Shown: one piece after another, positions 1 through 12,572 of the stretch | Numbering within the stretch: the stretch's first letter is position 1 | Layout: each line of letters opens with the position of its first letter | Origin: Octopus vulgaris | Taxonomy: Eukaryota | Assembly (NCBI GenBank): GCA_951406725.2 | Contig: OX597815.1 | Location: 15,128,001-15,192,000, forward strand | Length of the DNA stretch: 64,000 nucleotides | Reading direction: 5' to 3' | Notes under the pieces: generated by a model | Seen by the model: the letters and a program-made list of their open reading frames with translations, nothing else | Database searches by the model: none | Told to the model about the DNA's origin: nothing | Made by a program: the position numbers and the translations under genes

Positions 1-211
1 TACTCTTTTACTTATTTACTTGTTTCAGTCATTTGACTGCGGCCATGCTGGAGCACCGCCTTTAGTCGAGCAAATCGACCCCAGGACTTATTCTTTGTAA
101 GCCTAGTACTTATTCTATCGATCTCTTTTGCCGAATCGTTAAGTTACGGGGACGGAAACACACCAGCATCGGTTCTCAAGTGATGTTGGGGGGATAAACA
201 CAGACACACAA

Positions 212-255
<44 letters not shown>

Positions 256-489
256 AGCAGCAGCATCGGTTGTCAAGTGATGCTGGTGGGACAAGCACAG
301 ACACATACACATATATACATACATATATACGACGGGCTTCTTTTCAGTTTCCGTCCACCAAATCCATTCAAGGCTTTGGTCGGCCAGAAGCTATAGTAGA
401 AAACACTTGCCCAAGGTCCTACGCAGTGGGATTGAACCCAGAACCTTGTGGTTGGTAAGTAAGCTACTTACCACACAACCACTCCTGCG
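1..489 (-). mobile_element. SINE family A (tRNA-like head, internal CA/TA microsatellite)
   Basis: Reverse complement begins GCAGGAGTGGTTGTGTGGTAAG with a B-box-like GGTTCAATCCC. Homologous to copies at 13711, 50807 and 58795. Confidence 0.85.
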
Positions 490-585
490 ACTTTGTGAAA
501 GTTTAAAGAAAAATTACGAAACAATACACCGTTTTCCCAAATTAATTAAAGCTCAAATAATTAAATAGATTATATTGCAAAACAG

Positions 586-790
586 TGAAGGCATGTGACT
601 GATTGAGCGGAGCGTTGTGTTCTTGAGCAAAACACTTCATTTCAATTTGCTCCAATTCCCCTTTCGATCAAGGGGAAACGTTGGCCTGCTTGCCTGGCCA
701 GCGGGGTGGCGTCATCTGAAGGCTAAAACAACGCATTGTGACCAGCGATGTATAACAACATCCGATAGCCTGGTCGGTCACGTGATCACA
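586..790 (+). mobile_element. Degenerate SINE (head D plus tail shared with the 13369 copy)
   Basis: GTGAAGGC head, TGTGTTCTTGAGCAA core, and tail GTTGGCCTGCTTGC...GGTCGGTCACGTGATC also seen at 13369 and 39088. Confidence 0.7.
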
Positions 791-912
791 CGCTATTGCA
801 AAATATTGTCTACACAGTAATTGTTGCCGTTTAGCCCTAGGTCAGTTTTGTACAAGCAGGCCTATGTCCAAAAGAGCTCCAGCTGTGAGAATTTCGTCTT
901 TCTATCAGTATC

Positions 913-1193
913 AACATTTCAGTTTATCTTCATTTGAAATGGTAGCGGAAGTAATACTGGTGGTGATTTGGTTGCTGTCTTTTGGGGTTGCGGGTGGAGG
1001 TAGTGATTTTGATGGTGATGAATCAGTGAAACGTGTATCAATGTTATGGCCTCTACCTGACTCCTCCCCACATCGCACTGAGACGTTATCACTCCAGGTG
1101 TTTCCACTTGAAGATTCATCACTCCTGGATATCTCACCTGAAGAATCGTCATCCTGGGAATGTCTGAAATGACGAAGTCTCAGGTGTTGTTCC
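913..1193 (-). CDS. Candidate Ser/Asp-rich host exon
   Basis: About 93 stop-free codons (EQHLRLRHFRHSQDDDSSGEISRSDESSSGNTW...EDKLKC*) in unique sequence after a possible acceptor CTTATCAG with upstream TACTGAC. No homology recognised. Confidence 0.3.
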
Positions 1194-1494
1194 TGATAAG
1201 GCGAAGTGAGATTTGCAACATGTGGAAGAAGTTGGTGTCAGTAGGTATTTAATTTTTTTTTTTTTTTTTTGCGAAAAATTGAAGGCGACAGGAAAGCAAC
1301 CCCTTCTTCGACTCACTCAAGCATCAGACTCTTGCAACATTTGAAATAGCAAAAAGACAGACCCATAAGTTAAAAGGAAGAAATTATATAAAAAATAAAA
1401 TCATGGATTTTTACAAATAATTGTGCAACTTTTATCAATAGGGACAATCGGATTACACACAAACATGTACACACACACGCACACACATACACCC

Positions 1495-1578
<84 letters not shown>

Positions 1579-1579
<1 letters not shown>

Positions 1580-1880
1580 CGTAAAGTGTACTAGCCATCT
1601 GAATGTGGCTAGCCACTGGGGGTGGGTGTTACTGAAGCTTTTAGCCCCAGGAGATCATCGTCTCCAGCTGGCTTTAGACACACTTTCTGTGCCCTTCTGA
1701 TATTCGCAAAGGGAGGTCATCCACTCTCTAAAACCTAAGTGATACATACGGACTATAGTTTCGAGGTATTTGCCTCTCGTCAACGTACGGTAATCACCGA
1801 TTTTCGATTGGAGTGACCTGTTTGCGAATATCTATTTAATGTTTTTCCCAGCAATCACTGTCACTGATTTAGAAAAACTG

Positions 1881-1882
<2 letters not shown>
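1579..1882 (-). mobile_element. (TA)n-embedded short element carrying a hammerhead motif (PLE pLTR/retrozyme-like)
   Basis: Flanked by (TA)n on both sides. The first ~120 bp recur at 37524-37769. Confidence 0.65.
1745..1789 (-). ncRNA. Minimal type I hammerhead ribozyme motif (C3U)
   Basis: Minus strand: CGUACG-UUGACGA-GAGG(CAAAUA)CCUC-GAAA-CUAUAG-UC-CGUAUG. All three stems pair; cleavage triplet GUC. Confidence 0.75.
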
Positions 1883-1930
<48 letters not shown>

Positions 1931-1933
<3 letters not shown>

Positions 1934-3012
1934 AATAACGAGGGAGATAAACTGAATATTAATTTTTAATTAATATCAATTTAAAACCAGTAGCCTGGCA
2001 TATAGAAAAATCTGAAAAATCAGAAAAAAATTTAATACATGCGTATGTTTAGGGATAACCACTAAGTGGATAACCAATATGCTAGAAGAAGATCACATAC
2101 GATCTAACTACAAAGAAAAGAATGTTCTCTAGAGAAATTCAGCAATTCTGGTGTTTGCTGAAGTCAATGTCCGGTCATAGAGCAACCAATGGTTTTGCAT
2201 CCATTAAGGGCTTATATATAATCAATTAAAAATTAAGTGTCCCACCGTTGTTGCACGAAAATCTGAAAAGAAGCAAATAGTTGGCACAGACACTTTAGCC
2301 TAAATGGTAGTTTAGATTTCTAACTTCTCTTTCTTTCTAGAGTCATATATATTCTGCAAAAGTGTCTATGAACAAGTCCATAATTGTATACTTTCCTTGT
2401 TATTCTTTCTATTTACAGTATTTAGTTATCAGATTTGACCCACTTTTAACTTTTTCTCCATGCAGAACACAATAGTGATTCAGTGACTTTATCAATCAGT
2501 AAAAAAAAAACTTGATAAACTTTCTTTACATAGCGCTGTTCCTCTGCTGCGAACATCAAGTCTTCTAAGTCGTATTATAGTTTAACAGTGGAGGCGCTAT
2601 GGCCCAGGGGTTAGGGCAGCGGACTCGCGGTCATAGGATCGCGGTTTCGATTCCCAGACCGGGCGTTGTGAGTGTTTATTGAGCGAAAACACCTAAAAGC
2701 TCCACGAGGCTCCGGCAGGGGATGGTGGTGATTCCTGCAGTACTCTTTCACCACAACTTTCTCTCACTCTTACTTCCTGTTTCTGTTGTACCTGTATTTC
2801 AAAGGGCCGGCCTTGTCACTCTCTGTGTCACGCTGAATATCCCCGAAAACTACGTTAAGGGTACGCGTGTCTGTGGAGTGCTCAACCACTTACACGTTAA
2901 TTTCACGAGCAGGCTGTTCCGTTGATTCGGATCAACCGGAACCCTCATCGTCGTAACCGACGGAGTGCTTCCACATTATAGTTTAACTACGTTTCTACTT
3001 TTCAGCTCTCTC
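1931..3012 (-). mobile_element. Decayed Penelope-like element 3' end (GIY-YIG C-terminal relic plus terminal repeat), interrupted by a SINE
   Basis: Frameshifted fragments ERELKSR, RGTALCK, CVL(C)MEKKL and TC.HR. 1931-2140 is homologous (inverted) to 56975-57182. Both copies end at (TA)n. Confidence 0.45.
2587..2974 (+). mobile_element. SINE family C, full length, 13-bp TSD
   Basis: tRNA-like A/B boxes (TGGCCCAGGGG; GTTTCGATTCC). TSD ATTATAGTTTAAC at 2574-2586 and 2975-2987. Confidence 0.9.
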
Positions 3013-3251
3013 TCATACATTCTTTTGTTTCTTATTTGGTGGTTGTGAAGTTGGTGCCGGTTGGTGGTGTTGGTGTAGCTTAGAAGTGTCGGCGTTGATG
3101 TAGACAAGTGGTGTTGTTGGTAGTGGTGGTAGTGCTGGTTGGGTTGGTGGTATTGCTGACGGTGGCAGTGGGAGAATTGCTAGTGGCAGGTAATGGCGGT
3201 GTCGTGTTGTTTGTGTCGATGACATTGGTTTGATGATCACACGTGTTACTG

Positions 3252-3715
3252 GTGGTTTTGAAAGGGCTAAGGTCAAACACTTTCCTCTTTGGCCAAGGCC
3301 TCATCAACTTTTTCAAGTTTCACTTGAAAAGGAAAGTGAGAGTAGAGAGGCAAGTGCTGTCTGATAACAAGTTTACTGAAAGGTGGGTAACTGTCGCAAG
3401 CATGGCCAGTATAAATGGACCAATTCTGAGGATACACCTGTAGTATAAAAAGGTATTATAAAAGGAGAAAGGAGCTCTCTACCCGCTTTTGACCAGGCTC
3501 CCGTGGCTTTTATGGGTTTTTCCACAAGTAACCTTTCGAAGCGCCTCTCCCTATTGGGAATTTCAATTGTTATATTTTCGTTGTTATCTCTGGAATTTTT
3601 ACATGGTTTTTTGCAAACGGACAAAACCCTTTGTAACTTTCGTCCTGTGTTTTGTCCCTTTATGTTTTAATTAATTTTTGTCAGCCCTTGTGGCCAATAA
3701 ACGAATTAATTATAT
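3252..3715 (+). mobile_element. 3' end of a Tx1/L1-clade-like LINE (ORF2 C-terminus and 3'UTR)
   Basis: Encodes GLINFFKFHLKRKVRVERQVLSDNKFTERW...IHL*, resembling the Tx1-type C-terminal 'R.E......F..RW' pattern. The 3'UTR ends in a hairpin plus AATAAA. Confidence 0.55.
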
Positions 3716-4003
3716 TATTGTCGTTGTTATTGTCTAACTCCCTATCCCTTGGGTAGCCCCTAAAATTGCTTACAATTATAGGTATTCTAGACATGACCAT
3801 CCTATTTAATTTTTACACATAGCACATCCAGATCCACATTATTCCAAGAGCCAATCTTTTCAGCAAGGTGTGCTTTGAGAGAGATTTGGCAGCTATTTCA
3901 AGCAGGTCTGACTGCTACAAAGATGCACCCTTACTTGTTGGCATGTATTAGGGTTGTTAGTGTTGTTGTTGCTTCTTCATGGAATCTTCATACGTTCAGT
4001 ATG

Positions 4004-4548
4004 AAATTTTGGGGGAGGGGGCCAGTCAATTAGATCAACTCCAGTACGTAACTCGTATTTAATTTATCGACCCCTAAAGGATGAAAAGCAAAGTCGACCT
4101 CGGTGGAATTTGAACTTAGAACGAAAAAACAAACGAAATACCTCTAAGCATTTCGCCCGGCGTGCTAACGTTTCTTATTTCTTTATTGCCCACAAGGGGC
4201 TAAACATAGAGGGGGCAAACAAGGACATTAAGTCGATTACATCGACCCCATTGTGTAACTGGTACTTAATTTATCGACCCCGAAAGGATGAAAGGCAAAG
4301 TCGACCTCGGCGGAATTTGAACTCAGAACGTAACGGCAGACGAAATACCTATTTCTTTACTACCCACAAGGGGCTAAACACAGGGGACAAACAAGGACAG
4401 ACAAAAGGATTAAGTCGATTATATCGACCCCAGTGCGTAACTGGTACTTATTTAATCGACCACGAAACGATGAAAGGCAAAGTCGACCTCGGCGGAATTT
4501 GAACTCAGAACGTAACGGCAGACGAAATACCGCTAAGCCAGCTCACCA
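4004..4548 (-). mobile_element. SINE family B tandem array (3 units)
   Basis: Repeated core GCCTTTCATCCTTTCGGGGTCGATAAATTAAGTACCA (Meta-domain-like) with a tRNA-like head. Confidence 0.9.
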
Positions 4549-5249
4549 ACTCACACAGGAGATATATTGAATGTTATATATTATTGTTTTCTCGAATTGT
4601 CTCTCTCTCTCTCTATCTTTATTCTTAAATCTTTGTTGGGATTTAACATTGATGTTAGTGCAGAGCCTCACCTATCTTTATTGAGGACCATATTTTGGAG
4701 AAGTGTACGTTCAATGCTCATTTGATCCCTTTGTCACAATTGGCAGTTCTCACTCAATGTTACAAAGTAAATACATCTCATGGAATACAATTACATGAGA
4801 CACGCAGCGACCACAATATACTCCACGGTAGTAAATTGTTTATTCATATAAATATATATTTATGATAAAAAGGATTTCATTGAAATTCACACCTTTGTCC
4901 CCGCGCATTTGTTTATGATCGACCGAATTTTACACACCACTGAAGGACAACCTTTGTGGTGATAGTGGTGGAATGATGGTGGTTGGTATGGGGGTGTTGT
5001 TGCTGGTGGTGGTGGTGGTGGGAGTTGTTTGTGATGTTTGTTGTTACGGGGTGGGAGTATTGTTGATATAGTTGTCGTTGCTGATGATGGTGGTGGTGGT
5101 GGTAATGGTGATTTTGATGGTAGTGTTGATAAGGGTCGGTGCTGGAACGCATACAGATTCTAAAATTAGGTGGAGCGAGTGAGTACAAAAATTATGCTGA
5201 GACATCTACCAAATAGTTTTGGAAGTCATTCTATATTTTGCTTTAAAAA

Positions 5250-5395
5250 CAATTTGGGGACGGGGATTAGTCGATCTCAGTACTTGAAAGGTATTCATTT
5301 TATCGTCCAGGAAAGGACGAAAAACAAAGTTGACCCTGGCAGTACTTGAACTCAAAACATAAAGAGACAGAAGAAATGACGCTAAGCATTTTGTT
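5250..5395 (-). mobile_element. Diverged SINE B
   Basis: Degenerate match to the family B core and head. Confidence 0.65.
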
Positions 5396-5924
5396 GTCCG
5401 AATAACAAAAGAGTGTTAATTATTTTACATTTTAAACCAGTACAAAAATAAAATGAAAATACATGAAAATTATAAGCAATAACTTAACCTTGTTAAAATA
5501 AACCTCAACAGCCAACTCTCATTCAACAGAGAACAAATTTGACCCTGATAATCTACCATCGTCAATTATAGAACGAATTTGCTTGAGCCAGCTAACGGAC
5601 AGTTCCACAACTAGTTATTGATAAGGTTAGAAGAATGTGAATCAACACAGACAGATAAGTCGAAATAGAAAACATAATTAACAATCACAAATTTTTTCAT
5701 GAAGACCTCATTTGAAATCCTTGCTTTAACGGTTCCACGAATGGTGCAACCTAACGGTTTCAGCACTATCTTCATTTCTTGTGCTGAAGATAGCTTGCAA
5801 GTCTTCAGAGAGTTCTTTTTCTGGTGCGACGGACGTTGTGTATTTGCTGAATGAAAAGTAAGCGACCAATCTCTGATATTTTGACGATTCTTTTTTCTCA
5901 ATTTGCAACTTTTCTTTCAGTGCC

Positions 5925-6333
5925 TATTTCTTTACTACCCACAAGGAGCTAAACACAGAGGGGACAAACAAGGACAGACAAGGGTATTAAGTCGATTACA
6001 TCGACCCCAGTGCGTAACTGGTACTTATTTAATCGACCCCGAAAGGATGACAGGTAAAGTTGACCTAGGGGGAATTTGAACTCAGAACGTAGCGGCAGAC
6101 GAAATACCTATTTCTATTTCTTTACTACCCACAGAGAGGACAAACAAGGACAGACAAACGAATTAAGTCGATTACATCGACCCCAGTGCGTAACTGGTAC
6201 TTAATTTATCGACCCCGATAGGATGAAAGGCAAAGTCGACCTCGGCGAAATTTGAACTCAGAACGTAACGGCAGACGAAATACTGCTACGCTTTTCGCCC
6301 GGTCTGCTAACGTTTCTGCCAGCTCACCACCTT
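5925..6333 (-). mobile_element. SINE B array (2 units)
   Basis: One headed and one headless unit joined at the GAAATACC/TATTTC junction. Confidence 0.9.
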
Positions 6334-7086
6334 AGTGCCACCCTGATAGTTTCTTCTTACTGCTCTTCTCTTTGGCATCTATTATCAAGACAGAACAGAA
6401 TAAGAAAAGAGAAAGAGAAAGAAAAAGGGGGAGAAAAATCAATGACAGTTTTTCTAGACAGTCTTAACAATGAACATGAAATAATACCCTCATAAAACGT
6501 AACGAAAAAAAAAAATACCAGTTTAATTTGCTTTCGCAATACATAATGGAAAATAGCCTACAACAAGACAGTCATAAATTCGATACAGGTGTTTATAAGA
6601 TGGTTGTAGAGTAACATAGATTCATGAAATCATTATAGTTTTTGTGCCGCAACAGACAGTATCAGTACATGAGTAGAATACATTATAGTAATTTGAATTG
6701 GGGCAATGATCTTTGGCTCGTCCTTGAGTTTAGGTTATCAACGATGAGTTACATAAATGCACCATCATTTAGTTTATATTACATGAAATATTTCGTTACT
6801 TATACATAATTGTATTCTACAATTAGTTTTAGGTTTACAATTAGTTTTACGTAATAGCGTCATTATGTATGAACTTAGATATTTAGATATATAACTTGGT
6901 CATGTGACAGTAGTTTCGGTAATGGTTGTGGTGGTGGACGTGGTGGCAGTAGTTGTTGTGAGATGTTTGCAGTGGTAGTAGTTGTAGTGATTGTAGTCAT
7001 GGTGGTGGTAGTACTTGTGTAATGGTATTTATGATAATAATTGTAGTGATGACAGTCGCAGTAGTTGTGATATGAGTTTAGTAAGA

Positions 7087-7478
7087 CGGCGAGCTGGCAG
7101 AATCGTTAGCACGCCGGACGAAATGCTTAGCAGTATTTCGTCCGCCGTTACGTTCTGAGTTCAAATTCCGCCGAGGTCGACTTTGCCTTTCATCCTTTCG
7201 GGATCGATTAAATAAGTACCAGTTACACACTGGGGTAAATATAATAGACTTAATCCGTTTGTCTGTCCTTGTTTGTCCCCTCTGTGTTTAGCCCCTTGTG
7301 GGTTAGTAAAGAAATGGGTATTTCGTTCGTCATTACGTTCTGTGTTCAAATTCCGCCGAGGTCGACTTTGCTTTTCATCCTTCCGGGGTTGATAAATTAA
7401 GTACCAGTGAAACACTGGGATCGATGTAATCGACTTATCCCCTCACCCCTAAATTTTAGGTCCTGTGCCTTTAGTAGT
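7087..7478 (+). mobile_element. SINE B array (2 units; last unit has the alternative tail)
   Basis: Head GGCGAGCTGGCAGAATCG; junction AAAGAAATG|GGTATTTCG. Confidence 0.9.
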
Positions 7479-7644
7479 GATCGGGGTCGTCTCAGCAGCA
7501 TCGCGGAACCTCGGGGTCCTATAGTATTTATGGCGATCATTCGGAAATGGTCTCACAAAACTGAAAATATTTGTTCAGCAATTTCTGTATAAAATTTTTA
7601 GTTCTTTAATTTTCTTTTTTGCAGCCAAACAGTGAAAAACACGG

Positions 7645-7741
<97 letters not shown>

Positions 7742-8238
7742 CAGGTACAATCATTGATTTTCATGTCCACGAGCGACTTGAACAGTCAAACGCACACTCC
7801 AACACATACTCGTACATGCACTCACTCACACACACACACATTCAGATATATATATATATATATACATACACATACATACATAAGTACGCATACACGTTTT
7901 ATGCTTTCGCGAATCGCTTATATTTTATGTATTTTTTGTGTATGCATGTATGTATGTATGGATGGATGGTTGGATGGATGGGAGGACCGATGGATGGGTG
8001 TGTATATATATATATTATAAATATATATATACATATACATATATACACCCATCCATCCATACATGCATACATATATACACAAATCTACATACATGCACAT
8101 TAACACATACATACGTATACGTAAAATATACATACATCTATATATATATATATATTTTAACGAACTGACTACTTGGTAAAATTATTAATTATTAGTCAAT
8201 TTATTAATTGACTAATTAATTAATTACTCCTACCCTAT

Positions 8239-8332
<94 letters not shown>

Positions 8333-8335
8333 TAC

Positions 8336-8409
<74 letters not shown>

Positions 8410-8420
8410 GGGGGGGGGGG

Positions 8421-8573
8421 ATTAAGAAAAAGACGAAGACAGTAGTGTAGAAAACAAACAGATGTATTAGTTCGGGAAGTGAAAAAGTTTTTAACGTTTC
8501 GAGCCTACGCTCTTCCACAGAAAGGAACATAGAAAGAAACAAGGAGAGAAAATAAAGCGTTGTAGCTAGCGAT
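8421..8573 (-). mobile_element. (TA)n-embedded element family F with hammerhead-like motif at 8489-8524
   Basis: Homologous to 33365-33573 and 56769-56942. Motif CUUU-CUGUGGA-A-GAGC(GUAG)GCUC-GAAA-CG-UU-AAAA. Confidence 0.7.
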
Positions 8574-8587
8574 ATATTTATATCGAT

Positions 8588-8695
<108 letters not shown>

Positions 8696-9593
8696 TCTGT
8701 GTGAGCTGAAAAAGAAATTACAGAAATAAAAATGTTTTGCGGAAATTGCTGAACGAAGGATCTCCGTATTTATTGACAGCAAACCACAGCATACATAGAC
8801 CTCTGGGGACCCTGGGCCACAACTCAGAGTATCTATGACTTTAGATGGCACAGTTAATGATAGTTTCTGTTTCTTGGTGGTAGTTATTGTGTTGTTGATG
8901 CTGGTTGTGATAGCGCTAGCTTTAGTGATGATTGTAGAAGCGGTTGTGGTGGTATTGTTGATAGTGGTTGTGAGGCTGTTCGTTGTAGTTGTAATAGAGG
9001 TGGTGGTGCCAGTTATGGTGGTGTTCTTGTTGTTGTTGTTAAGTAACAAGACGGGTAAGGGTGATTAGGTGGTGGTCTAGGGCTTAGGGGCAGAAGACCC
9101 CAGACCTTGAAAAAAGAGAAAAAAAAAACTTTGGTTGTCTTGTTGTAGTCGAGAGCTCTTCGTTGACGCCCGACACCACTGGGAGGTGGCCCTCGAAGTC
9201 GCTGGAAATGGAGATCTCCAGGTCCAAATTCTTCAACGGCTGTTGTTGTTGTTGGTGGTGGTGGTGGTGCTGGTGGTGGTGCTGGTGGTGCTGGTGGTGC
9301 TGGTGGTGGTGGTGGTGGTGGTGGTGGTAGTGGTGGTGGTGGTGGTGGTGGTGGTGGTGGTGGTGGTGGTGGTGGTGGTGGTGGTAGCTATGATAGTGTT
9401 GGTAGTTGCAGTCAAGGTAGTTGTGACAGTGTTAGTTGTGCTAAGGTTTGATGTAAGGGTGGTAATTGTAGTAGTATTGGCGTTGACGGTTGTGGCGGTA
9501 ATTTTAGTAGTATTGTTGGTGGCTGTGGTAATAGATCCGGTGAAGGAGGTAGTACTGAGAGTGGTATTCTTGATGCGGATACTGTTGGGACCA

Positions 9594-9926
9594 GTGAAGG
9601 CGCGTGGGTTAGTGGTTAGGGTATTCGGCTCAAGATTGTATGGTCGTGAGTTCGATACCCGGCGAAGCATAGCGTCCGCGGGTGGGGAAGACACCTTATT
9701 TCACGTTATTGCAGTCCACTCAGCTGGCAAAAATGAGGAGTACTTGTATTTAAAAAAGGGCCAGCCTTGGTACATTCTATCTCACGCTGAATCTCCCTAA
9801 GAACTACGTTAAGGGTACACGTGTCTGTGGAGTGCTCAGCCACTTGCACTAATTAATTTCACGAGCAGGCTGTTCCGTTGATCGGATCAACTGGTACCCT
9901 CGTCGTCGTAACCGACAGAATGCCAG
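9594..9926 (+). mobile_element. SINE (head D plus family C tail)
   Basis: A/B boxes; tail matches 2790-2970; TSD-like TACTGTTGGGACC / TATTGTTGGTACC. Confidence 0.8.
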
Positions 9927-9972
9927 AGCAGTATTGTTGGTACCTCATTTCTGGTACCTCATTTCTGGTACC

Positions 9973-10278
9973 TCATGGTAGTGTTGGAGGCAGGGATGGA
10001 ATCGGTGAACTGTGGGAACAATAGTATCTGTTTTCGAAGTTTACTTTTTCATGGTGGTGTGATGTTAATGGTGGTGGTTGTGATGGTGGTGGAGACGGTG
10101 GTACCACTGTAGTGAATATTATAGAGTAAGTGGTAGAGGTAGTAATGTTGTTCGCTTTGATATTATTGGTGGTAGTCATGGTGATGATGTTGCTGTTGTT
10201 GTTGTTGGTGGTGGTGGTGCGTATTTTGTGTTTAACGTAGGCGGAGATATCCATTTCATCTGCCGAGATATTTTCATC
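9973..10278 (-). CDS. Candidate low-complexity exon (DENISADEMDISAYVKHKIRTTTT...)
   Basis: Open frame of ~100 codons starting in phase 0 after TACATTAG. Thr/Asn/Pro-rich. Confidence 0.3.
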   Translation of the reverse strand, partial: DENISADEMDISAYVKHKIRTTTTNNNNSNIITMTTTNNIKANNITTSTTYSIIFTTVVPPSPPPSQPPPLTSHHHEKVNFENRYYCSHSSPIPSLPPTLP

Positions 10279-10529
10279 CTAATGTATACAAACAAACGCA
10301 CGTGCATAAGAATTATTGGAGATATGCATATATATGTAAGAGAGAGAGGGGGAGAGAGAGAGAGATAGACAGAGAGAGAGGAGAGAGGAGAGAGATGGGA
10401 GGGAGGCAGAAATAGAAAAACGGGGAGAGAGAGAGAGTGAAAGAAATAGGTAAAAGAATGCGTATATGCGTTCGCATGAGAAGTTTGTATGTGAGTGAGT
10501 GCATCTATCTATCTATTTATCTCTTTCTT

Positions 10530-10593
<64 letters not shown>

Positions 10594-11303
10594 ATCAGCC
10601 GAAATTGCGAAGATGATCCGGTTTTTGACTGAAGATCGAAGGCTTCGAATGTCCCCTCCGTTTTTTTGTATCGTCTTCTAAATGTTTTGCGTTCTTGTCC
10701 CAGTTTGTGTTTTTTTACATTTATCCTATATATATATATATATATATATATAAATGATGAAAATGTGGTACAAAGGTCTAAAAAGTACACAGGCAAGAAA
10801 AATACAAGTGGTGGTTCGGACAAGCTACAGCTTCGCTTGTAACTATGGAAAAGGAACTAAAACACCCCAAGTTTACACACTTTAAAAACTATTCATTTTT
10901 TATTTATAAATTTATGGCAAAAATGAAACTTGTTTTCAAAATTAGCTTACAAAACTAAATCGGTATACTAAATTTGGAAACAATTGGAGCAAAATTTTTT
11001 TAAGAATTGTTGTAGCAACAGCAAAGACCCTAGGGGCCTTCATACAACAGAGCTCTTACGGTTAGCGACTTTAAAGAGAATCTTTCCTATACTTCATACA
11101 CCCCCAATCTAGGAGAGGAACCAGAGAGATCTCCTGGTTCACAACAGTGTTCCCTCTTACGTATAAGTAAGAAATTACTGGTTCTTTTGTATTTTCATTT
11201 CCCAGTCATATTCTAGATTTGTAAAAAGTGGCAATAAGCGTTTCTTGAAAATCGGTTTCAGTTGTGGTTTCAGCATGAAGGTATTCATGAAGGTATTCTT
11301 TAA

Positions 11304-11534
11304 GGCGGCGAGCTGGCAGAACTGTTAGCACGCCGGGCGAAATGCTTAGCGGTATTTCGTCTGCCGTTACGTTCTGAGTTCAAATTCCGCCGAGGTCGAC
11401 TTTGCCTTTCATCCTTTCGGGGTCGATAAATTAAGTACCAGTTATGCACTGAGGTCGATGTAATTGACTTAATACCTATGTCTGTCCTTGTTTGTCCCCT
11501 CTATGTTTAGCCCCTTATGGGTAGTAAAGAAATA
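11304..11534 (+). mobile_element. SINE B monomer
   Basis: Complete head, core and tail. Confidence 0.9.
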
Positions 11535-11688
11535 GGTATTCGTTACGAAGACGCCTATGAAACATGACAATAAGTGTCGTTCAACAAAGTAGATACTTGC
11601 CTCATACCTGATGTACAACATGAAATCGATTGTATATAAAATGGAGGTTGTCATACTATGACAAACGGCTGGAAATGAACATTATATA

Positions 11689-12101
11689 TATTTCTTTATT
11701 GCCCACATGTGGCTAATAATAGAAGGGACAAACAAGGACAGACATAGGTATGAAGTCGATTACATCGACCCCAGTGCTTTACTGGTACTTAATTTATCGA
11801 TCCCGAAAGGAAAGACAAAGTCGACCTCGGCGGAATTTGAACTCAGAACGTAACGACAGACGAAATACCTATTTCTTTATTACCCACAAGGGGCTAAACA
11901 TAGAGAGGACAAACAAGGACAGACAAGCAGATTGAGTCGATTACATCGACCGCAGTGCGTAACTGGTACTTAATTTATCGACCCCAAAAGGATGAAAGGC
12001 AAAGTCGACCTCGGCAGAATTTGAACTCAGAACGTAACGACAGACGAAATACCGCTAAGCATTTCGCCCGGCGCACTAACGTGTCTGCCAGATCGCCGCC
12101 T
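11689..12101 (-). mobile_element. SINE B array (2 units) within one TSD
   Basis: TSD AAATGAACATTATATA on both sides. Confidence 0.9.
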
Positions 12102-12199
12102 TAAAAATGAACATTATATAGCGCTGTTGAAAAAGTTAGTCTACCTACATGTATATTAGGCTGAAGCAAATTCCTGCATTCTGAAGTATTTTAGGGACT

Positions 12200-12360
12200 G
12201 GCCCAAGATTACCTCCACCCGTTTAATGATCGTGGACTGGAGCAACGTAAAATGAATATCCTTGCTTAAAGACATAATGCATTGTGAGGTCTTGGAATCG
12301 AGCCCTCGATCTTATGATCAGGAGCCCATCAGAATAATCACTAGGCCACGTGCCATCCCA
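12200..12360 (-). mobile_element. Old tRNA-headed SINE (head D-like)
   Basis: Degenerate A/B boxes and a CORE-like TGTCTTTAAGCAAG segment. Confidence 0.55.
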
Positions 12361-12520
12361 TGTACATTTTGAAGGTAAATTTAAACAGGGGTTTCATAAC
12401 CCAAGCACATCAACAAGAGGATTTCAACAACCTTCACAAACTACATCTAAAAACTAAGGAAACGAACACTGACTACATCACACGACAGAGGGTCCTTGAA
12501 AGATCAACGATACACGTCAA

Positions 12521-12572
<52 letters not shown>

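Noticed and set aside
820-910. Recurring degenerate motif family (also ~3720-3940, 49700-49850, 61600-61740, 62490-62700)
   Set aside because: Probably an ancient repeat, but boundaries and class could not be defined.
2080-2115. Hairpin GATC-acatac-GATC with hammerhead-like flanks
   Set aside because: The core is absent in both this copy and the homolog near 57005.
2590-2665. tRNA gene (also 34613, 53260, 62711)
   Set aside because: A/B boxes are present, but they continue into SINE bodies with TSDs; no convincing cloverleaf or terminator.
10625-10662. Hammerhead candidate CTGAAGA...TTCGAATGTC
   Set aside because: No GAAA and no stem I pairing.
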